Assembly: GCA_027001995.1 (NCBI GenBank)
Contig: JALTLO010000188.1
Location: 1 to 31,002, forward strand
Source of the DNA: Planctomycetota bacterium
GTDB taxonomy: Bacteria; Planctomycetota; GCA-002687715; DRQF01
Direction of reading: 5' to 3'
DNA length: 31,002 bases
Positions 25,314-31,002 of the stretch are shown here, piece by piece. The notes below the pieces were generated by a model. That model did not search any database and had not been told where the DNA came from. It saw only the letters and a program-made list of their open reading frames with translations. The position numbers were made by a program, and so were the translations under genes. Positions within the stretch are counted from its first letter, which is position 1, and the number at the start of each line of letters is the position of its first letter.

Positions 25314-26570
25314 ATGCTCAATCCCGCAGAACTGCAAATTCAATTATTTTGCCAAGGTCTGAGAATCGCCGACAGCTGTGATTTGATGTCCGATGCTCGC
25401 CATGTTGCGCGAACGCGGGCAGGTTTAGGTTCTGGCCTTGAGCTGGTAATCCCCGGAGATCTCAAAGACCTGTGGCTTAATGTCCCAGTGGAAGAAGATT
25501 TTGTTGATCAAACTCCCTATGAGCTCCGCAAGGTTGAGGGCTCCTATGTGGTGTACGACCACAATGAGAGTCAAGACTACGCAGTTCGGGTTCCGGCGGA
25601 GCCCAAGTGGTATGACCAGGAGACTGCCAGCGGCATCCCCATGGCTCAGGTTGGTGTCTTGCAGGGCACGTACCTGGGAATCTATGTCTCTAACTCCTGT
25701 ATGTATTGGTATGGCAATGAGCCCAATAACTGCAAGTTTTGCACCACGGGCTCGAATGTTGGCGTGAATGAGGTTGCAGAGAAAGCCATTGACGATGTGG
25801 TCGAAGTGGCTTTGGCAGCCAAAGAAGAGTCTGGTGTCACGTTTTGTCATTTCAACACGGGTTACCAGAACGGCAGGGGGCTTGAGCAATTGGCCCCTTA
25901 TGTCAAAGCCATCAAAGAACGCGTGGGGCTGCTCACAGGTATTCAATGTGTCCCCGTGCTTGAAGACCAGCATTGGCAATATGACGCCATGTTGGACATG
26001 GGCGCCGATCATTTTTCGTTTTGCTATGAGTTTCACAACCCAGAGTACTTCGCCAAGTACTTACCAGGCAAAGAAGCAACCGTCGGCCAAGATGCATTCT
26101 TTAAGTCTTTGGAATACTGCCAAGGAAAAATGCCTAAGGGCGCGTGCTCTGGCGAGATAATCGCTGGTGTTGAGCCGATTCAAGACACTTTGGACGCCAT
26201 CGACTACATCACCCAAGTGGGAGCATTCCCCACAGTCTGTATTTTTAGGCCCGTGATTGGATCGGATATGGAAGACTTCCCATCTCCAGAATACGAGGAG
26301 ATGAATCGGGTGATGGAATATATGTACAGGGCTTGTCGAAAAGCAGGTATTCCCATGGGACTTGCCCCTAATATCGAAGTCTCTTTGATTGTAAACCCTG
26401 ACGACGCTAAGTATTTGGTGCCAAGAGATCTCGGTTTCAAACTCCACCAACTAAAAATGAAATTGCTGAAGAAGTTGGCTTGGTTGAAGTTTAGGAAAGA
26501 GCTGCAACCTCATTCCGTCCCTGGTGACGTCCAAATTTGGCAGAATAAGCGGGCTGCATCCCATGTCTGA
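25314..26570 (+). CDS. Radical SAM protein (MSMEG_0568-like, extended Cys motif)
   Basis: SCMYWYGNEPNNCKFC (CX10CX2C); IIAGVE, GAFP...FRP..GS TIM-barrel motifs. Confidence 0.85.
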   Translation: MLNPAELQIQLFCQGLRIADSCDLMSDARHVARTRAGLGSGLELVIPGDLKDLWLNVPVEEDFVDQTPYELRKVEGSYVVYDHNESQDYAVRVPAEPKWYDQETASGIPMAQVGVLQGTYLGIYVSNSCMYWYGNEPNNCKFCTTGSNVGVNEVAEKAIDDVVEVALAAKEESGVTFCHFNTGYQNGRGLEQLAPYVKAIKERVGLLTGIQCVPVLEDQHWQYDAMLDMGADHFSFCYEFHNPEYFAKYLPGKEATVGQDAFFKSLEYCQGKMPKGACSGEIIAGVEPIQDTLDAIDYITQVGAFPTVCIFRPVIGSDMEDFPSPEYEEMNRVMEYMYRACRKAGIPMGLAPNIEVSLIVNPDDAKYLVPRDLGFKLHQLKMKLLKKLAWLKFRKELQPHSVPGDVQIWQNKRAASHV

Positions 26571-26973
26571 TCCCCAGGCATTTCTCAATGTCTTGGCTCC
26601 TGAGCTTAAAGAACTGGTGAGAAAGTTTCTTCATTCCCTTGGGGAGTGTTCAGAAACCGTCGACGTGGAGACGAAGAAGTCGGGGGTTGAGCTGCGCGTG
26701 GGGGCCACGGCAAACAAACCTGCAGGCCGTCCCCGAATCTTGCTTTTCTCTGATGGCCCCAAGAAGGTCTTCGCATTTTTCTACAAACCGTCTCGCTTGG
26801 CGTTTTCCAAGGATCGATTTAGCTATGGCCTCATGTCTCTCCATCGGGGAAACTCCGAGGAGGTTCTGGAGCAGCTGAGGCAGGGGCTTCAATTCCTTCT
26901 GAACGACTTCAAACCTAGCGAACGTCCTAAGAAGCTCGGCCGCCTCATCAACGTCGACATCCCCCGGGATTGA
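26563..26973 (+). CDS. Hypothetical protein (136 aa)
   Basis: ATG 26563 overlaps the radical SAM gene end; fills the gap to the convergent gene. Confidence 0.7.
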   Translation: MSDPQAFLNVLAPELKELVRKFLHSLGECSETVDVETKKSGVELRVGATANKPAGRPRILLFSDGPKKVFAFFYKPSRLAFSKDRFSYGLMSLHRGNSEEVLEQLRQGLQFLLNDFKPSERPKKLGRLINVDIPRD

Positions 26974-27021
26974 GCATTCTTGCAAGTCACTGAGGGGCGC
27001 TCCCCCAATACCCTTGATGAC

Positions 27022-28572
27022 TCATACAAGACTGCGGTCCAAGCCGCGAAACTGCATGGACTCCAAAATGTGTGCCTCGCTGACTTGGTCAGAGGATTCC
27101 ATGTCGGCAATGCTTCTGGCCACCCGAAGAATGCGCACAAAGGCTCGACCGGAGAATTGAAGTTGTTCCATTTTCTTGGCCAACATCGCGCGACGTTTGG
27201 ATGTCAAAGAGCAGACATCTTCCAATTCTCTGCCAGACAAGCGTGAGTTGGCGACGGTCATGGGCCAGTTTTTTTGGCGCTCCTCAATTCGACGTCTTCC
27301 TCGCTCAACGGTTTGTCGCAACTCTTCTGTGCTGGCCCCGGACTTGCTGCTCAAAAGCTCTGTGGGGTTGATCCGCCGCACCGGCAGGTGCATGTCGAAT
27401 CGATCCAAGAGAGGACCTGAAATCCTTTGGCGATAGCGCTTCACGGCCACGATGGTGCAGGTGCAGCGGTTTAAGGTGTCGCCATAATAACCACAAGGGC
27501 AAGGGTTCATGGCGGCGAGCAACATGAAGTCGGCGGGAAAGGTGCGGAAGTGTTGGCTCCTTGAAATCGTCACCTCATGATCTTCCAAGGGTTGCCGAAG
27601 TACTTCCAAGGAATCTCTGCCAAACTCTGGCAATTCGTCTAGGAATAAAACACCACGATGTGCCAAGCTCACTTCTCCAGGGCGGGGGCTGGCACCGCCT
27701 CCTACTAACGCTTGGCGGCTTGCTGTGTGGTGAGGTGCTCGAAATGCAGGTGCGTATAGATCTTTTCGTGGTTTCAGCCCCACAGCCGCATGTACGGCAG
27801 CGGATTCCAAGGCCAACTCCAAAGAGAGAGGAGGCAGAATCCCGGGGAGGGACCGAGCCAACATGGTTTTTCCTGAACCAGGGGGACCCACCATGAGGAC
27901 GTTGTGCCCGCCAATGGCGGCAATTGTGAGGGCCCGCTTTGCCAGTTCTTGACCTTTGACGGCTTTCAGGTCGCTGGCGTCTTTTGTCATAGTCGACCTC
28001 GGTGGTGTCTTGCCAATCACTGTGGGTTTTCTTTGCCTGCCCGAAAGAATGGCCATGGCCTCACCTATGTCTTCGACTCCGAAAACGGCGAGTCCCTCGA
28101 CAATAGCGGCTTCTCTTACGGCTACATTGGGAATGATCAGACCTTTGGCTCCAACTTTCCTTGCCAAGATCGCCGTTGGCAAGGTGGCCGAAAGACCTGT
28201 TGCCAACCCCGCCAAGCTGATTTCTCCAGCGATGATGAAGTCTTGGGCCAAAGGCAATCGCCGATGGGTGTTAACCGCCACATAAGCTACGGCCATTGCC
28301 AAGTCTAAAGCCGTTCCTTCTTTTTTTAGCGTGGCGGGGGCTAAATTGATGAGGGTACGTTTCGTGCTCACCACACCGAAGCTGCGAGCTGCTCGCTGAA
28401 TTCGCATGCGTGATTCTCGAATCGCAACGTCAGGAAGGCCAATGACGTCTATGCCGATGTTGGCCCCGAAAACCGTTGCTTCGACGTCGACGACCTGGGC
28501 GGAAATACCGTCCAGCGCTGCGGAACGAACGCGCACCACAGCCTCAGATTTTTCTTTCTCTAATTCGATCAT
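27022..28572 (-). CDS. comM: YifB/ComM Mg-chelatase-like AAA+ ATPase
   Basis: GLPD..IRES, INLAPA..KKEG, GPPGSGKT, FRAPHH, HRGVLFLDELPEF, AAMNPCPCG, SGPLLDRFD. Start may be slightly downstream. Confidence 0.93.
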   Translation of the reverse strand: MIELEKEKSEAVVRVRSAALDGISAQVVDVEATVFGANIGIDVIGLPDVAIRESRMRIQRAARSFGVVSTKRTLINLAPATLKKEGTALDLAMAVAYVAVNTHRRLPLAQDFIIAGEISLAGLATGLSATLPTAILARKVGAKGLIIPNVAVREAAIVEGLAVFGVEDIGEAMAILSGRQRKPTVIGKTPPRSTMTKDASDLKAVKGQELAKRALTIAAIGGHNVLMVGPPGSGKTMLARSLPGILPPLSLELALESAAVHAAVGLKPRKDLYAPAFRAPHHTASRQALVGGGASPRPGEVSLAHRGVLFLDELPEFGRDSLEVLRQPLEDHEVTISRSQHFRTFPADFMLLAAMNPCPCGYYGDTLNRCTCTIVAVKRYRQRISGPLLDRFDMHLPVRRINPTELLSSKSGASTEELRQTVERGRRRIEERQKNWPMTVANSRLSGRELEDVCSLTSKRRAMLAKKMEQLQFSGRAFVRILRVARSIADMESSDQVSEAHILESMQFRGLDRSLV

Positions 28573-28747
28573 GCACTGTCACTGACGCCGAGTTGCCTAG
28601 GGTGGACCGGCAAAAAAAACAGTTTCTTACCTTGTTCTCGGCGATCTCAGGATTTTCGAGTGTCTTTCCTTTCAAGTCTTTGATCCTGACTGCCTTTGAG
28701 GGAGAATCATAGGAGTTGATCGTTCTCCATGTGGAAAGGGCTAAACT

Positions 28748-29248
28748 ATGAGCAAGAGTGAACTCTCCAATGACTTCAGCCATTTTGATGCGGAAGGAAA
28801 AGTTCGCATGGTTGATGTGGGCGACAAGGATGTCACAAGCCGTGTGGCTAAGGCGCGGGGCCTTGTGCGCATGGAAGCTTCGACTTTGGCTGCCATTCGT
28901 GATGGACAGATTTCCAAGGGTGCTGTTTTGTCCACCGCTCGTTTGGCCGGCATTATGGCAGCTAAGAAGACCTCTGACTTGATTCCTCTTTGTCATCCAT
29001 TGGCCATCACCAAGGCCGAAGTCGACTTCAAATTCCTCGACGAGCGAACGCTTGAAGTGCGGACGTTGGTGAAGGTAAGCGGCAAGACCGGTGTGGAAAT
29101 GGAAGCGCTGACAGCTTGTTCCCTGGCAGCATTGACCATTTATGACATGTGCAAAGCGGTTGATAGAGGCATGGAAATCTCTCAGATCGCCTTGGTTCAT
29201 AAAAGCGGTGGCAAAAGCGGCGACTACAATCGTGAGGAAGTGGAGTGA
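28748..29248 (+). CDS. moaC: Cyclic pyranopterin monophosphate synthase
   Basis: [46 protein letters not shown]. Confidence 0.97.
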   Translation: MSKSELSNDFSHFDAEGKVRMVDVGDKDVTSRVAKARGLVRMEASTLAAIRDGQISKGAVLSTARLAGIMAAKKTSDLIPLCHPLAITKAEVDFKFLDERTLEVRTLVKVSGKTGVEMEALTACSLAALTIYDMCKAVDRGMEISQIALVHKSGGKSGDYNREEVE

Positions 29249-30267
29249 GCGAGAAGCAGTTCCATGTAGCCATCGCCGGAGCCACTGGTGCTGTGGGGCA
29301 GGAGATTCTGGCCTGCTTAGAGCAATCTAGATTCCCCGTTGGGCAGTTGGATCTTTATGCCAAAGCTAATGGCACGGGGCATGTCTTGACCTTTGCGGGA
29401 CGTGACATCGTGGTGGGTGTTTTGGGGGAGGAAGGATTCGGGAAAGCGGACATTGTCTTTCTGGCAGTGGGGGCTGAGGTGAGCCCGCAGTTGGCTTCCT
29501 TGGCAGTGGCCGGTGGGGCCGTGGTCATCGATAACTCCAGTGCCCATCGGGGGGATCCAGCCATCCCCTTGGTGATCCCAGAGGTCAACGGAGATTGTGT
29601 CGATTTGGGGGCGAAGATCTTCGCCAATCCGAATTGTTCGACTATTATTGCCTTGATGGCTTTGGGTCCTTTGTCTCGCATAAGTCCTGTAAGCCGTTTG
29701 ATTGCATCTACTTATCAAGCTGTCAGTGGAGCTGGGAATGCTGGGCTGGACGAGCTTGACCAAGCCCAGGGGGCACTCCAGGCAGGCGCAACCTTCTCCG
29801 CTCAGGTTTTCTCAACGGGTATTGCTGAGAATCTCATCCCCTGGATCGGGGAGGCCAGCGCCAACGGCAGCACCGACGAAGAAGAAAAAATGGGTGTGGA
29901 GTCTCGTAAGATACTTGAATGTAATAACTTACGTGTATCCTGTACTTGTGTGCGGGTGGGCGTTCGACGGGCTCATGCTATTTCGATGCACGTCGAATTT
30001 GAGAACCCTGTTGGGCGAGCCGAGATTCTGGATGCCTGGAAATCCGCTGCTGGGCTTCGTGTCGTGAGTGACCAAGACGCGCCCATGATCTTGAATCCGA
30101 AGTCCGTTGAAAGGCAAGGCGATGTCTTTTGCGGCCGTTTGCGACAGGTGGACGACGAAGGAAGAGCATGGGCGATGTTCGCTGTAGGAGACCAAGTGCT
30201 CAAAGGGGCGGCCCAAAATGCTGTGCAAATTGCAGGACTGTGGGCGAAAGGGAGGCCAGGGGCTTGA
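29245..30267 (+). CDS. asd: Aspartate-semialdehyde dehydrogenase
   Basis: [45 protein letters not shown]. Confidence 0.95.
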   Translation: MSEKQFHVAIAGATGAVGQEILACLEQSRFPVGQLDLYAKANGTGHVLTFAGRDIVVGVLGEEGFGKADIVFLAVGAEVSPQLASLAVAGGAVVIDNSSAHRGDPAIPLVIPEVNGDCVDLGAKIFANPNCSTIIALMALGPLSRISPVSRLIASTYQAVSGAGNAGLDELDQAQGALQAGATFSAQVFSTGIAENLIPWIGEASANGSTDEEEKMGVESRKILECNNLRVSCTCVRVGVRRAHAISMHVEFENPVGRAEILDAWKSAAGLRVVSDQDAPMILNPKSVERQGDVFCGRLRQVDDEGRAWAMFAVGDQVLKGAAQNAVQIAGLWAKGRPGA

Positions 30268-30491
30268 GTAAGCCTCATTTTTTCTCCAATCCCCATTCCG
30301 CAGCGGTGTTGGAAAGGGCCCAGAATCGCTTCTAGGGCCCAGTTCAGACCCAAACGATGGAACGGCCCCTAAACCTTGCCCGAAAATGGGCTTATCGGGC
30401 TTGAATGTTCTGCTCCAGCGTGTTTCGATGGGCCCGCAAGGAACGTTCCAGTTCCCATGTTTCAATCGCTGGATAGAGGTCGGGAGTGACC

Positions 30492-30959
30492 ATGGATCTT
30501 GAGAAATTGCAAAAGCTCATTGAGCTCATGAACACAAACGACCTGGTCGAGGTCGAGTTGGAAGATGATGGCGAGAAGATCCGCCTGACTAAGGCTGGGG
30601 CCAACCAGCCCGTGATGGCGATGCCACCCCAACCCATGATGGGGGCCCCTATGGTAGCCCCAAGTCCTGGAGTTGTGGCTGGAGCCCCTCCTGTGGCAGC
30701 CGATGCCATTGAAGGGCATTCTGTGACTTTCAATTCGCCTATGGTTGGCACCTTTTATTCTGCTCCTTCTCCTACATCTGATCCATTTGTCAAAGTAGGT
30801 GACAAGGTCGGGGCCAGCTCCGTCCTCTGCATTGTCGAGGCGATGAAGGTCTTGAATGAGATTACAGCTGACATGGACGGCGAAATCCTAGAAGTCCTTG
30901 TGGGCAACGGCGAAGCCGTCGAATACGGGCAACCGCTCTTCACCATCAAACCTCGCTGA
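30492..30959 (+). CDS. accB: Acetyl-CoA carboxylase biotin carboxyl carrier protein
   Basis: GGGAG RBS + ATG 30492; Pro/Ala linker, [12 protein letters not shown] biotinylation motif. Confidence 0.96.
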   Translation: MDLEKLQKLIELMNTNDLVEVELEDDGEKIRLTKAGANQPVMAMPPQPMMGAPMVAPSPGVVAGAPPVAADAIEGHSVTFNSPMVGTFYSAPSPTSDPFVKVGDKVGASSVLCIVEAMKVLNEITADMDGEILEVLVGNGEAVEYGQPLFTIKPR

Positions 30960-30975
30960 CAGGAACTCTGGAACG

Positions 30976-31002
30976 ATGTTTAATCGAGTACTGGTAGCGA
31001 AT
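30976..31002 (+). CDS. accC: Biotin carboxylase, 5' end only
   Basis: MFNRVLVAN directly after accB, the typical AccC N-terminus. Confidence 0.8.

Noticed and set aside
1..31002. CRISPR array, IS transposase, rRNA, sel genes
   Set aside because: No regularly spaced repeats, transposase motifs, rRNA-like sequence or selABCD recognised in this window.

Overview
Bacterial genomic window, most consistent with a Planctomycetota/PVC organism (inference from a TIGR04138-type Verrucomicrobia/Planctomycetes-restricted gene, an HTH_17+receiver regulator and a divergent second-type dnaA). Left part (1-11.3 kb) is accessory DNA downstream of a tRNA-Val(GAC). It holds a tyrosine integrase, an excisionase, a wHTH replication-initiator-like gene, satellite-type small genes, two secreted cargo proteins, a frameshifted remnant of a second paralogous integrase, and two heavy-metal-associated (HMA) domain genes. 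Right part (11.6-31 kb) is chromosomal backbone: response regulator, MATE, PafB/PafC-like WYL pair, TPR-zincin, dnaA paralog, holB, S41 protease, methyltransferase, radical SAM, comM/yifB, moaC, asd, accB, start of accC. The standout is hidden from the ORF track. ORFs 143..487 and 725..1063 are one frame (266..1063) interrupted only by TGA-CAG-GCC-TGA, exactly where an HMA/MerP CxxC belongs, and followed by a SECIS-like hairpin. This predicts a lipoprotein with a double-selenocysteine UxxU HMA domain fused to a WCVPC thioredoxin. All family assignments are by eye; no searches were run.
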